The position numbers and the translations under genes are program-made. Shown one piece after another: positions 1 through 13,924 of a stretch of 64,000 nucleotides of DNA (position 1 is its first letter; each line of letters opens with the position of its first letter). This DNA comes from the human T2T-CHM13v2.0 reference genome, Homo sapiens. Under the pieces are notes generated by a model. That model ran no database searches, had not been told where the DNA came from, and saw only the letters and a program-made list of their open reading frames with translations. Location of the stretch: assembly GCF_009914755.1 (NCBI RefSeq), contig NC_060942.1. The stretch is one strand, 5' to 3'.

Positions 1-3000
1 TCATTCTAAGCAGACCAGTTGTACCCATCGCTGTAATTGAAAGACTTGTTGGCATCAACAGAACTAGTAACTGGGTTTGGTCCTGGTGACCAAGGGGCAC
101 ATCTCCCAGCTGGAAGCTGTTTGCTAAGAGCAAGGTTACGGCCCGCACTGGGCTACCAAACAACAGAGCAAGCCCACGCTCAGGGCATCAGCAAGCAGGG
201 TTATGAAATAAAACAAACATTTGAAAGAATTCGACACTTGAAGAAGAAAAAGAGGAGGTGAAGGAGGGCAGAAGGAAAGTCGGAAGCAGCAGCAGCAGCC
301 AGTCATCATGAGAAAATCAGAGCTTTGTGGGATTTTAAAACTTGTGGTTTGGAAACGTTTTTATTATTTAGATGCATGAGGGCAGACACCACCATCTTTT
401 AAATGTTCACAGGAGGCCAAAGTATGCAAGAGCCACGGCCTAAAGCAGGGCTGTGGGCAGAGCCAGACCTGGGCCGTCAGAGTCCAGGGAAGGGCTCAGG
501 ACCGGGCTGTGCAGCGTGTCCCGAGTGTGTCACCCACAGCCCCACGATGTCCAGTGGGCAGACCAGGCCAGCAGACACATGGCCCTCTATCTCTACTTCC
601 TTCTGGGAGGGTCTGGGAGGCTAAGGTAGCCCTGACCATAGAAAACATGGATTTTCCAAGACGTCTTCCCTGGAGACTTCTGCTCTTGAACAATGCTTAT
701 CTATCACAAGGTTGAGGGCTCTCCTTATCTTTCAAGAGTATGAGGTGGCCTGTAAATGCTTCACTTATTAACTCAGCTCTGATTCTCCCTGGGAGGCCAA
801 GGGCTGAGTGAAACTCTAACGTGGGCATGTGGACAGCTTGTGGTGCCCTGTAGCTCTGCACCATGGGCCTGCAGGTGCACAGCCAGTCCTATGGCCTCCA
901 GAGGAGCAGCGCAAACCCTTAGCCTGGGTGGGGAAGGAGCACAGCGCCAACAGAACTACTGCTGGAGTGGGCCCCTGTCTATCACCAGCACCTGGAAGTG
1001 CCCCATCCCAGGCCTGTCCCAGCCCGGCATCTGAGCTAATTACAGCTCCGTTGTGGGGAGAGTCAGCCGTGTCAGTTTAACTGACAGCCCAGATAAGAGG
1101 TACTGGGCAGAGTCTCACAGGTTGCACAACAAACCACTCTGCCAACTGAGGGCAGAGGCAAGTCTTTTTCAGTCCCTATGGTCAGAAACGAATTTCCTGG
1201 ATGGCTGTCTTCTCCACCTCCTCTCCATCTCTTATTTTTAGTTTTCAGGTTGGTCTGAATTAGGTTTTGGCTTTTTGGGGGTGGGGTGGGGGGAGGATGA
1301 TGGGTGATTTTTTCTTTCACTCATTTAAGCATCAGCCTCGTATCTGGCATCTGGCCTATGCCTTCCTTTCATGGTTCAAGATGTGCCCAGGGCTGTCGTA
1401 TGTCATTGGCCAGGGTTGGGAGCCCATAACGCCAAGGCCACCAGCTCCACTGTGATGAGCAGATGAGCTTGGCCATGTGGCAAACAGTGAATTTAGTGCT
1501 GCAGCATGTTCAGCGGATTCATGAAGTCTTCTGCTCATTCAAGAAGGGATGTTCTCCCTGACAGCTGCATCCCCAAACTCACACCAAACAGCTTGCCAGT
1601 CAGGTGCCCCCACCCCCGTGCTATGAGGCTCTCCCCATAGAAGATCAATCAGCCTTCCTCTCCTGTGGGCTCCACCTGCACCCCTCGCTCCAACACCATC
1701 TGCCCACACCGTCCTGTGTAGTTGCTGTCCATTTATTCCATCTCCATTATAGTGTCTGTCTGAACAGCAAATATGAGGCTTCACAGAAGCATTGAAGATC
1801 TAAAAAGCATTTGTAACTGACTGTAAGCGAATTCAGCATGAGGCCTCAGGTGGCATACGAGCCTCTGGCACTTTCGTCTTACCCACACTTGAGACACTGT
1901 AGATCTCAAGGCAACATCAGGACCATCCAGGGCAGGTGGCAACAATTTTCTTTTAAAATTCCAAGGTAGCTTAAGCCAAGCCTGTAAGTGGATTGATAGG
2001 CCTCAGGTTCAAGACCAGAGAAAAAGAATAGGAGAGAAAAGTGACCCTCAAATGGCCAAGAAAAAGAAGGCAGGAGAGAAAAGAGGGAGGGCCACCCACG
2101 GTTTGCACAGGTGCCATCTCCAGAGCCATGGGGTGCTGCACCTGAGGCTGCAGCTCCTGGGCACAGCGAACCCGACCCTCCTGAACCAGGGGACCAGCAG
2201 CACAGGCAGCCGATGTGTGGCTCTCTCCAAGCTCTGAGCTTGGGGGCACTGAGTGGAGGGGAATATCCAGTTCGGAGGACCTGACGCTTCTGGCTCTCTG
2301 CTCCTCCAGGCTCAGCTGTTGAGTGCAGACACAGGCTCTGGGAGGCCAAGGACTTCATGACTGGGCTCACTCCCAGCAGGGCAAGTGGGGTCCTGGGGCC
2401 TGAGCCCCTGGCTGTCTGCCACTGCTCTCTCAGACACCACGAAGGAGGCTCCGCAAAACACCATGTCCCTAACAAAACGGGATTTGACCGATTCTGTTGC
2501 ACATTCAAGGTGTTAAAGCTCCAACCTGAATAAAGGCTGTGCAACTACATAATGCTGTAAACAGAGCCTCTGTGGAGCGCGTGCGTGTGTGAGCTTAGCT
2601 CCGAGCCCACATTCTCCTAGAGTGGTGGAGGGTCTCATCCCACCTCCCAGTCCCTCCTGGGCCCGCCCCCAGGAGCTAACCAGCGTCCGGAATGGCCTGG
2701 CTTTGGGTCTTCGCCGTGGCTATAGCCTCTCTACCTGGACCATCTGATTCCTGTTCTGAGCTGAGCCTCCAGCCCTAGGGTGTAGGGAGGCGGAGCTCAC
2801 CCTCTTTTCCCTCCCCGTGAAGCCGCCTTCCTGTGCGCTAATGTTTTACCCTGGCTGAATTTAAACAGATGTGGTCAAGGATGGCGGGTCCCCAACGTGA
2901 CCTCCCTGGCTCTGCTATGCATGCCTAATCCCCGTCCCCCAATCGATCACTCCCCGGACTCTCCCCTTCTCCCCTCTCCTATGCGACCACCAGTTGCTCA

Positions 3001-3182
3001 CCAATAATTCGAAACTGCCTTTTTGACAGAGAAAATGAGTGTCAGCTGTTTGCCTACCACGCCTGATTCTAAGAATTAAAGTGAACAAAAAGTTAAGAGA
3101 GTGAATGTTGATCACAACAGAGTTCACTGGTAATGAAATGAGATTCCTGGAAACGTACTCTTCACCCTGGAGCTGGTTAAGA

Positions 3183-3415
3183 AGGAGATAGAGACCATCC
3201 TGGCTAACATGGTGAAACCCCGTCTCTACTAAAAATACAAAAAAATCAGCCGGGCGTGGTGGCGGGCGCCTGTAGTCCCAGCTACTCAGGAGGTTGAGGC
3301 GGGAGAACGGCCTGAACCCGGGAGGCGGAGCTTGGAGTGAGCCGAGATCGCACCTCTGCACTCCAGCCTGGGTGACAGAGCGAGACTCCGTCTCAAAAAG
3401 GAAGAATAAGAAAAC
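3183..3415 (+). mobile_element. 5'-truncated AluY-like element
   Basis: Has the diagnostic GAGACCATCCTGGCTAAC, TGTAGTCCCAG and GGCGGAGCTTG motifs and a degenerate A tail. Confidence 0.9.
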
Positions 3416-3418
3416 ACA

Positions 3419-3749
<331 letters not shown>

Positions 3750-4067
3750 TCATGGCTCTGACGGTCCCAGGTCACTGGTGGGAGCTTTCCCAACTGGGCC
3801 TGCCTGGGAATCCACAGCCTCTTGTCACTTGCTGTGAGCGAGTAGATGAACACCTGCTGAGTAAGAAGCTCCTCCTGGGATGTGGAGGTGGAGGCAGGGA
3901 ATCCTCTCCTTGCAAATTAGCTCAGCCATAATGAAGAGGCGCTGATGGACCGATAGGAATTCACACCCTTCTTTATTCGGCATTCCAATGTGAAGTTGTC
4001 CACACTAGGACAAGAGGTTGAAAGGAGGATGATGTCACAGATTGAAATGGAAACTTGGTGGGAGACA

Positions 4068-5126
4068 TGTGATGTGTGTGGTATGATATGTGTGTGGTGT
4101 GTGTGTATGCTGTGATGTGTGGTGTGTGTGTGATGTGTGGTGTGGTGTGATGTGTGGTGTGTGTGCAGGTGTGTAGTGTGGTTTGTGGTGTGATGTGTGG
4201 TGTGGTGTGTGTGTGGTGTGATGTGTGTTGTGCATGTGGTGTGATGTGTGGTTTGGTGTGTGTGTGGTGTGTGCATGTGTGTGTGTGTGTGGTGTGGTAT
4301 GTATGTGGTGTGATGTTTGGTGTCAGGTGTAGAAGGTGTGGTGTCTGTGTGTGTGTGGTGTGTATGGTATGTTGTGGTGTGGTGTGGTGTGTGTGGTGTG
4401 TGTCTGTGGTGCACTGTGGTGGGTGATGTGTGTGTGGTGTGTGTGTGTGGTGTGTGTGTGGTGTGATGTGTGTGTAGTGTGATGTGATGTATGTGGTGGT
4501 GTGTGTGGTGTGTGTGTAGTGTGTTGTGGCATGGTGTGTGTGGTGTGTGTGTAGTGTATTGTGGTGTGGTGTCTGTGGTGTGTGTGGTGTGATGTGTGTG
4601 TGTATGGTGTGGTGTGGTGTATGATGTGGGTGTGGTGTGGTGTATGATGTGGGTGTGGTGTGGTGTAGTGTGATGTGTGGTGTGTTGTGTTGTGGCATGT
4701 TGTGGTGTTTGTGGTTTGTTGTGGTTTGCTGTGTGTGTTGTGTGTGTGTGGGGGTGTGTATGGGTGTGGTGTGGTGTTTTGTGGTGTGGTCTGTGTGTGT
4801 GGTGGCGTGGTGTGTGTGATGCGTGTGGTGTGGTGTCATGTGTGTGTGGTGTTGTGTGTGGTGCTTTGTGATTTGGTCTGTGTGTGTGTGGTGTGTGCAT
4901 GTGATGTGTGTATGGTGTGTGGGGTATGGTATGTTGTGTGTGTGGTGTGGAGTGTGTGTGTATAGTGTGTTGTGTGTGTATGGTGTGTGGTGTGGTGTGA
5001 TTTTGTGTGTGGTGGGTGTGGTGTGGTATGTGTGTGTATGGTGTGTTGTGCTGTGGTGTGATGTGTGTGTGGTGTGATGTGGTATGGGGTGGGTGTGTGT
5101 GTGGTGTGTGGAGTTGTGTGTGGGGA

Positions 5127-5169
<43 letters not shown>

Positions 5170-5195
5170 CGGGGGTGTATGTGGCGTGTGCATGT
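4068..5195. repeat. ~1.1 kb GT-rich low-complexity tract (GT/GGTGT/GTGAT units) ending in pure (TG)19 at 5131-5168
   Basis: Directly visible. It generates the spurious His/Thr- and Cys/Val-rich ORFs. Confidence 0.97.
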
Positions 5196-6823
5196 GCTGG
5201 AAAAGACAGGATTTCCGACATGAAGACCGGGGAAGCCTCTGGCTGCTGTGCCCCATCCTCAGCTGGGGGCAGCCCTCTCTGCTGCAGGGTGGAGGGAGGT
5301 AGGCGAGGATGCCGAGGCTCAGCTTCAAAAGGGGAGGACTCCCTGGAGTTGCGGAAGCCTTTAGTAGGGGGGAAGTAGGTGGAATGCGGGGGTCACTCCT
5401 TGCTTTCCGGAAACCCCAGTGTCCCCTGGGGTGGGGTTTCTGGAAACTTTCCCCTGGCCGTTTTCTCTCCATGCGCCTCTCCTGCTGCTCTCTCCTCTCC
5501 GCAGCTGTCGGGGAGCAGGCTGGGTACTTATTTCAGTCCCCTGTACCTGGCTCCTACAGCTAAGGGCCCTTCCAGAACAGGTTTTTCCCAAAGTCCCAGA
5601 GAAAGTGCTCACCAAGTGCGTGTTGATGATGAACCCCGAAATCAACGTGTGGATTTTCCTTCTGGTATTTGGGATTTTTTTTAAAAAAAGAGCACACCTT
5701 TGAGTTTTTCTCTCTTCTCTATAATATGCCACACGGCGAGGTTTCAAAGGTTATAGCAAATTGAGAACGAAAAAGGTTTTGAAGGAGCCAAGAGGAAAAG
5801 ACTCCAGGTTCATCCTAATGTGAATATACAAGCAGGCCTCGTCTCATCTGTATAGAGCACAGGTCTATGGGACCACGCAGAGTGAGGGGATGAGACTCCT
5901 GCACTCAAGACTTTGCAGTCCTATTGGGGACCAGGTGGAAAACGTTATGGAACATGTGGAAACAGAGGAAAACCAAACCCATGCCTGCAGGAGAAGTGCA
6001 GGCTAGGGGATCTCTGCGCCGGGATTTTCGGGGAAGGATTCATGGGGGCGGTGGGAACGAGGGGGCCCCAGAGGATGAGTAAGGCCTACGTAGGGGGAAG
6101 GAGGGGAAGAAATCCTCGAAGCTGGTATGAGTGTCAGTGTATCTGAAGCGGGGTTTGCTGGGGATGTTTGGCTCTGAATGAGAGGGATGACCACTTGTTG
6201 AGCTTCCCATGTGCCCGGCCCCGCAGTGACATGTGTTAGCTCGCCTCATGCTTACCACAGCCCTGAGTCAGGTCTCATTATGTTCATTTTGCAGATGATA
6301 AAACCAAGGTTCAGAGAGGCTTGAGTCATGCGGTCCAGAAGGAAAAGCAATGGGACTCAAATTCATGTTGGCCTCCAAAGCCCCTGCTCTCAGTCCTACC
6401 TCTCAGGACCGGCCTGGGGGAAGACGGGAGTGTGGTGTTGAGTGGAAAACATATGGCTGCCCAGAGAGGGTGAAGGGTCAATATGGGAGACACAAGACGG
6501 AGCAGAAAATCCTAGCCTTATCTCAGGAGGACGTAGAGAGTCATGGTAGTTCTTTGCTTATGGGAGGGATGTGGAGAAACGGGTGTTTAGAACAAATGAG
6601 TTGGTCTGGGTTTCCTGGAAGATGCCAGAGGGCAGGGAGACCACCCAGGAGTGGGCAACATGGCCCTGGCTCAAGGTGGAGGATGGCAGGAGAGGAGAGA
6701 ATGGAGCAGACAGACATCTGCCCAAGTGTTCCATGGTACATTAGTCAGTGTCCCATAAAAAAGAAGGCCTATGGGTGGTCAAATTTGGAGTGTTCTGGGT
6801 TGAACAGAGTAACAGAGTAATAG

Positions 6824-7168
<345 letters not shown>

Positions 7169-8389
7169 TGATATGCTGATATGACTGCAGAGGGAAATGT
7201 AATCTGCAGTGTTTCTCAGACTCATTTGACCATGAAACCCAGTTTCTGCCAAGCACCTCCTGCAGCTGGCGTTCCACAGAACACTCTGAGAAATATTGTG
7301 GCGCCTGGTCGCCCTTACTTCATGGGTAATGTGGATGATACGCTAAGTTGGAACTTTGGGTGCAGAGCCCAGGCTCTTGTTTCACTGACCTACTGAGTTT
7401 TCTTGCTTGTTTTGTTTTCTGAACCTTGCTTTAACCTTCCCTAGCAACTGGGATCTCTTCCCCAGAGTGTGCTGCTGAGGGGATCTTGGGACAACGCACT
7501 TGCTCTCATTGTGCCAGGCCTGCAGGCGGGAGTGGACTCACCTTGCCAATGGCCCTTCTCTATCCTTGCTGAGGACCATGATGGGCTTATCCTGCTTGGC
7601 AGCTCTGGCCAGGCCTGGAAGACCTACACTCACATATGAGTAGTTACAACTCAGCCATCCTCTGTCTGAAGAACATTCTGCCCCAGGGAAGACATCAACA
7701 GGGATGTCAGAACAGCCTGGGGGTCATGGCCAGATCACAGTAAAAATGGCAATACGACTGGCTTGCTACAGAAGAGAATTCAGAATAAGAAGTTCTCTCG
7801 GACTCCATCCAGAGGGTGTTGCAAAGAAACCAAAAGAACCACCTTAGAAGGTCTCACTGGTGGGGCAGTTTTGAGCCCTCAGGGACTTCTAGATGGTAAG
7901 AGTGAAGAGTGTTTAGGAAGAAAGACTTGTCTGTCGGCGTAGCTACTAGCTACATGCATGTCTCCACTGAGGACACAAGGACCAGGCTCTAGAGACAATT
8001 CAGCCGATTGGGAGTCTAGAGACCAGAACTTCTAACATCAGCCCAGACACCAATGGGCTGGCTGACCTCAGGGCAAATCATTTTATGTGGTTTCCTCCTT
8101 TGGAAAAAAAAAAGAGAGAGAGAGATATATATATAAAATCTGATCTACCTCTTAGAGGTTCAGGGTGGTTTCTGTTTTGCTTTTTGTGAGGAGCAACTCA
8201 TAAAAATGATACCAAACTCCTCTGAAAATAAATACAGGCTCTATGCATTTCTAACAATAATAGCAAGTATTCTCATTGGGATTGTGGCTCAATTTACCAT
8301 GATAAAATCACTGGTAAATTTCTAAAAAGTTACCTCTTTGTGCACATACCTTCTCTTAGAAAATGGTTTTCTGTTAGAGGAAAATTAAA

Positions 8390-8500
8390 GGACACTCGGA
8401 GTTACTCATTTGGGAGTTTATGTTTTTCCTTTCCCCCATTGAATAGCTCTCTGGGGAGGTTTCCATTTTGGTCATATTTCAGAAATGACTGAACGTCAGA
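8390..8500. other. BCL2 intermediate cluster region (icr / 5'mcr) of t(14;18)
   Basis: About 19 kb from the MBR, with two isolated CpGs (8397, 8494) ~100 bp apart. The recalled icr primer site GCACTCTCACTTACTGAGAACGA is at 8505-8527 and the 5'mcr primer site at 8778-8799. Confidence 0.8.
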
Positions 8501-9501
8501 TTCTGCACTCTCACTTACTGAGAACGAATTTAGAAAAAATAGTGAGATTAGCAGATAAGTAAACAAACATTAATTGAGGCTCAAATTGTAGAAGTACTTC
8601 GGGCAGTATGGAATTACATGTTTCCATATTCTTTGTTAGTCTGCATGAAACCAAAACCCAGAAGGTTATATTAAACATAATCACCTAACTCCATGGGGCC
8701 CTGGGAGGAATTTTTAATGTGGCAATTGAAAGGCGTGTGATTGTGCAAAACACAATGGCACAAATGAGTGTTCCTGTTGCTTTCGTTTCTTTCAGAAGGG
8801 AATTAGCTCTGGGGGAGCACAGAAGAGTACCAAATTTCAGACCTCCCTCCCACCCCAAAGAGGAGAAACACCCTGTTGGACCTCACTGATCCCCTAGGAA
8901 GGTGGATATGAGTCCTATCTGGAATGAGGTCTTAATACAGGTTTTATGTTGTGAGAACCTGGCCCCTGGCTCCCAGGAGTGCTTCTAAGTTAAAAACTTC
9001 ATTGCATTCATTTTTTTTGTTGGTATTTAATACATATTTCATAGACTCCCATCTTAAAAGCTTTCTGATTGATTGGCGGCAGAGAGCCAGCTCCCTTATC
9101 TAACAGGACTAAGTCCCCGCTTTCTCCGTAGTGGCCAAGTCATCGGTGTCTGCAGTTAGACTGAGAACATCCAAAAAGGCCGAACAGAAGGTGGAAGAGG
9201 CTGCTCTGTTATTTCTCGTCTGATGTCATGCCCTTAGTTAGTTGCACCTGATAAGTATTCACCCAGTTCCTCATCCTTTCTCCTTTGGAGCCTAAGTGGT
9301 CTTGCGGGTGTGTGGTTTACTGGGTACTGTGGCCTTCTCTTCTGCATCCAGCTGCCAGTGGCTGAGAGGTCCTTTTAGCAGAGGAGTAGCTCTCCGCAGT
9401 AGGATAACTATAGACCTGGATCCCAAGGCCTTCCTGCTCAGCCCTGGGGTATTCACCTCTACCTCTCCATTGTATTTACATCAACGAGGAACCCCTTGGA
9501 C

Positions 9502-9700
9502 CTGTCCTGTCCAATACATAACCACTAGCCACATGTGGCTATTTAAATTTAGATTAAGTTAAATTAAATTAATTTTTTTCTCAGTCATTTCAGTCACATT
9601 TCAAGTGCTCAATAGCCGCCCTGTGGCAGGTGGCTACTGTATCAGACAGTGAAGGTGCAGAATACTGCTGTCATTGCGGAAGGTCTATTGGAAGGTGCTG
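9502..9700 (-). mobile_element. MER3 (hAT-Charlie MITE)
   Basis: CTGTCCAATA...CCACTAGCCACATGTGGCTATTTAAATT...CACATTTCAAGTGCTCAATAGCC...CTATTGGA.GGTGCTG matches the recalled consensus. Confidence 0.75.
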
Positions 9701-11795
9701 CTTCAGAGATCACCCAGCCAATGCCTTGATTTTTCTAGAATAAGAAACGGAGACCTATAAAGTTTAAATGACTTTTCCAAGAATATCCAGGAACGTATAA
9801 TAATATGTTTCCTGGCCATTTTGGAATTCTTATCAGAGGAAGATGTTCTTTATTTAAGTCTTGATTTTTGAAAGAAATATTCCCCTTCAGATATAATTTG
9901 ATTTTTACAAGTAAGATAATGTAATATAACAATGGTCTTGAACTATGAAAACACTGGATACATTTTGGAGAGGCTCACCGTGATATATTCAATACTATCG
10001 AAATGATTTTCTTATCTTTAGTGGCCAGTGAAATTTCACAAGAGAGAAGTCTAGATTAGTTTTTGGAGACCAAGAAACATTGGTGTATTTATTCCTTACC
10101 TGGGAGTGTGCTATTAATACGATTATGCTCCTGAAGACTCTTGGAAACCTGAGATCAGTTATATGAGAAAACCAAAGGGCCAGCTGTGCCCTGGAGTCAT
10201 AGGAATCATTATTATAACGTCCACAGTCTGTCGGCATCATTGGTCAGACACAGGGTGAGAGGACAGTAATACAGGCTCACCACGACACGTGTGTCTTTAA
10301 CATACTTCATAAACACTTAGCCTCCCTTACAGCCAAGACAGACAATAAATGTCTCTCTCACTCAACTGTGTCCAGGATTTACACAGTGCCTCATGCAAGG
10401 TCTCACTGCAGGCCAGAATTCACAGAGGGTGGGAGGGCTGAAGACTTGCTCCATTGCAGAAATCAACACAAAGAGCCATTGAGTGTTAAAGATGGGGGAA
10501 TTCAGCACTTGAGGACTCAAAAAAGGTCCTCCTGTAGAAGGGGCCCAAAAAGTTCCTCTGAGAGTCGCCTTTCTTGCTAGACTTCTTTGTATACAATTTG
10601 TCGCTATGGAGAGAGATCAAAGGGAATTCTAGGCAATTGTTTTTAGTTACTAACTCAATGAAATTGATCTGCAATTATTCTAACAGGTAACTGAACCATG
10701 GTACAGAGAGAACATAAAATAAAGAATCTGGGCTTGCTGTGGTCTTTATTAATTTCTTCTTTATTATGAATACCTCTGCTATGTTCTTCTAAGCCCCCAC
10801 CCTACCATATGCGATAAGAAAATATAAAAGAGAGCAGCATAGTGTCTACCATTGGCACAATGGGTTGTGTTTCTCTGACTTTGGGGCCTCGACTTGTTGG
10901 AGAAGACATCATGAAATGCTTGTGTCCCCCAAGGATGTGAGTTTATTGAGCAGACCCTCGAAACTGGGGCAGCAGTAGAAGCTCTGGTGAGCGTTTGGGG
11001 TAAATTTTATGATAGGAGGCTAGCATGCCAGAATAGGAAACCAACTTGTAAGGATGCAGAGGGCAAGACACTAGGTCCAGACGGGTCAGAGAGCACCAAT
11101 CAAATGACACACATCTGGGTGAGTCAAATTCAGAGCCCAGAAGGTCAGAAAATTAGCAAACTCAACACTGGTATGCTGCTCTCTTTTGTAATTCTACCCC
11201 ATATGAGTAAGCAAGGGCTCCTTGAATTTTCTGACAGTCAAGAGGGAGGATTAAGGAAGGACAGATGATGGGGTCTTCATAGTGGTTCCAAGAGTATCTT
11301 CCACCTATCGGGATGGGCCTTTCTCCCACTTGGGACTCAGCCTGGAGATGTGCATGCAGCTTCCTTGATGGGGCTGCTGGTTCACAGCACCCTAACCATT
11401 CAGGGGCTGGTAAATTTCCCTTTCTTGGGAATAATTCTTGGTCCCACAAGGTATTCTTCCTTACTCTTGACCTATTTTGAGGAGGAAATGGGGACAGGAA
11501 CGATTATACAGCAGGTATTATCCCTGTATACTTTGGGAATAGAGCTAGGGAAGAATTTTGAGAGATTCAGAGTGGCGGTGAGGGCAAGATGAAATGAAAC
11601 TGGAGAAAATTGCTGAGCTGTGGCTGTGTAATTGGAGGAGGCTAATCCTTGCAGAGAGGCACTTCTGGGCACCAGAACTTCTCTTCTGCAGATGACCATC
11701 TCCCTGAAGGCTGGCGCTTCTGGTTCAAGATGGCATGGATGGCTGGGAGCTGCCTGCACCAGCTGGTGGTGGTGGTGGGGACCCACAGGCCTGGG

Positions 11796-12126
11796 TGATA
11801 CGGTCTGGCTGTGCCCCCACCCAAATCTCATCTTGAATTATAATCCCCACATGTTACAGGAGGGACCCAGTGGGAGGTAACTGAATCATGGGAGTGGTTT
11901 CCCCCATGCTTTTCTCGTGATAGTGAGTTCTCTTGAAATCTGATGGTTTTATAATCATCTGGCATTACTCCTGTGGGCGCTCATTCTCTCTCCTGCCACC
12001 CTGTGAAGAGGTGCCTTCTGCCATGATTGTAAGTTTCCTGAGGCCTCCCCAGCCATGTGGAACTCTGAGTCAATTAAATCTTCTTTCTTTATAAATTAGC
12101 AGCATTAATTTAGACAGACTAATACA
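11796..12126 (+). mobile_element. THE1-family (MaLR) solo LTR
   Basis: Runs from TGATA.GGT.TGGCTGTG.CCCCACCCAAATCTCATCTTGAATT to GACTAATACA, with a 5 bp TSD CTGGG/CTGAG. Confidence 0.88.
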
Positions 12127-12321
12127 CTGAGGAAGAGTAGGGTGAAGGTTAGACTTTACATACATAGTACCATGCTGAGTTTGGTTTCAAGGGCCAAACT
12201 GGTGAACTCAGAAAGGGAAGCCTGATGTAGTTGGAAAAGTCAAACCTCAGCTCCACTACTACTAGCTATGAGGCTTTGTGAAAATAAATTAACCACTCTG
12301 AACCTCAGCCTCTTTATCTGT

Positions 12322-12686
12322 GGTGGTAGGCTGAATAATGACTCCTCCAAAGATGTCCACATCCAAATGTTCTGAAACTTGTGAATATGTAAACTTACAT
12401 GGTAAAATGGACTTTGCAGTTGTGATTTAGTTAAGGATCTTGAGATGGGGGCAGAATTTTGGATTGTCTGGGTGGGCCCAACCTAACCCTAGAGTTGTTG
12501 TAAGAGAGAGGCAGATCAGAGTGAGAGTGAGGAAAGCAAAGGCTGGAGTGATGGGAGGAAGGGTCACCACCTACGGAATGTTGGGGGGCCTCTAGAAGCT
12601 GGAAAAGGCAAGGATACAATTCTCCCCTAGGGCCTCCAGAAGGGAGGCAGCTCTGTCTACAACTTGATTTTAGCCCAGTGAGACCT
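12322..12686 (+). mobile_element. MLT1D-like MaLR LTR (3'-truncated) interrupting a MIR (~12230-12800)
   Basis: Contains GGTAGGCTGAATAATG..CCAAAGATGTCCACATCC..GGACTTTGCAG.TGTGATT.AGTTAAGGATCTTGAGATGGGG. The MIR core resumes at ~12687. Confidence 0.75.
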
Positions 12687-13351
12687 ATAAAATGCAAAAT
12701 AAAGGTACTCATCTCATAAGGCTGTTGCCACAGATTAAAGGAGACAATGTATCTGAAGCACTTAGCATAGTGTCTGCCACACACTAGGTGCTGGGTAAAA
12801 GGTAGATTATTTTATGCTTTTTTTTTAGAAATTATACGATCCGAGCCAGGGTTGGATTCCATCTGACTTAAAGCCCAACCACTACATTATAGTTAAAACA
12901 ACTTGTAGTGGTTGGAAGTGGATGCAGTTCTTCCAAAGAATCCGTGGTAAAACATTTTAGGATTGCTGGAACTCAAGGAGATGCTTCCAAATTCTTTATC
13001 TCAGAAAACTTTTGGGACCCCAGCATCCCCTTTGGATAACCTGTTGCATCATCAGGCCTCCAGACATGAGGCTGAATTCCTGCATCTGAGTTCTGCACAT
13101 CTTGGTGGTTTTTGCAGGATTGCATGTGCTCTTGAAGCACTGTCTCATATAATGTGGCAATGGAGACAAAAAAATGTCACCAAGGTGTGGCTATGGAGTG
13201 GGAGAGGAGGACTTAGAGGATGTCATTAGCAAATTGCTGGGTGGCTGCCAGGGTGTTGCAGAAGTCTGGTGACTTCATTTGATAATTTGCTGATCATTCA
13301 AGTTTATTCCTTTCTAGGTTCCTGTCATCCTCACTGGCTTTGTTTTGCAGC

Positions 13352-13924
13352 TGAGAGACTGAATATACAAATGGGCAATGGCCAGACCAGATATAAAAAT
13401 AGAATTCAGACCCACAGTCTACAGCAGCCAGCCCAGGAAACCAGCTCATGACCTACTGTTACCGGCCCAGGAAACAGGTCTGCTATAAATCAGACTTGCA
13501 GGAAGTCAGATCACTGTCTGTAGAAACAACCCATGAAGCCAGACAATAACCTCTGTACAATTGCCCCCAAATGGCCAGGAGTTAATTAATAATGGACTGC
13601 TTCCTTGATTTTCTTCCCTGATTCCAATTTAGGACCAACCAGAGAAAGCCAATATGCACCTCTAATTATTCATGTAGGATGTCCTGCTTCTAATTAGCCC
13701 ACCTCCATGTAGGCGCCCCCACCCTATGCCAACAACCTCCCATCAGGGTGAGCTCAAAGCCTTCCCTCTTTGCCATTTTAAAGCTTTCCCACTTATCTGT
13801 TTGCCTTTGATTCTCTGCCAAAATGCAAAAGATAGTGAGTGGCCGACTCCCTTAGTATATATAGCAAGCTCTGAATAAATAGCCTTTGCTTTTCTCATTT
13901 GGTTGGTCTGCATTTATTTCCACA
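13352..13924 (+). mobile_element. ERVL-type solo LTR (MER54/MER73/MER74-like)
   Basis: TG...CA ends, repeated CAGCCCAGGAA motifs and an AATAAA near the 3' end. Subfamily uncertain. Confidence 0.6.

Noticed and set aside
1-1500. Possible location of the mcr breakpoint cluster
   Set aside because: I did not find the recalled mcr primer sites. The expected ~29 kb distance from the MBR places the mcr just left of the window.
1604-1795. ORF starting MPPPPCYEALP, resembling a PPxY motif
   Set aside because: Non-ATG start, short and without other family features; most likely coincidence.
1906-2544. 212 aa minus-strand ORF
   Set aside because: No recognisable homology or exon context; chance ORFs of this length occur in GC-rich DNA.
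4412-4418. Perfect RSS heptamer as a functional recombination signal
   Set aside because: No nonamer-like sequence at 12 or 23 bp spacing.
3917-5472. 434 aa and 499 aa His/Thr/Pro-rich ORFs on - and Cys/Val-rich ORFs on +
   Set aside because: These are translations of the CA/GT low-complexity tract, which contains few stop codons by composition. There is no promoter, splice or domain evidence.
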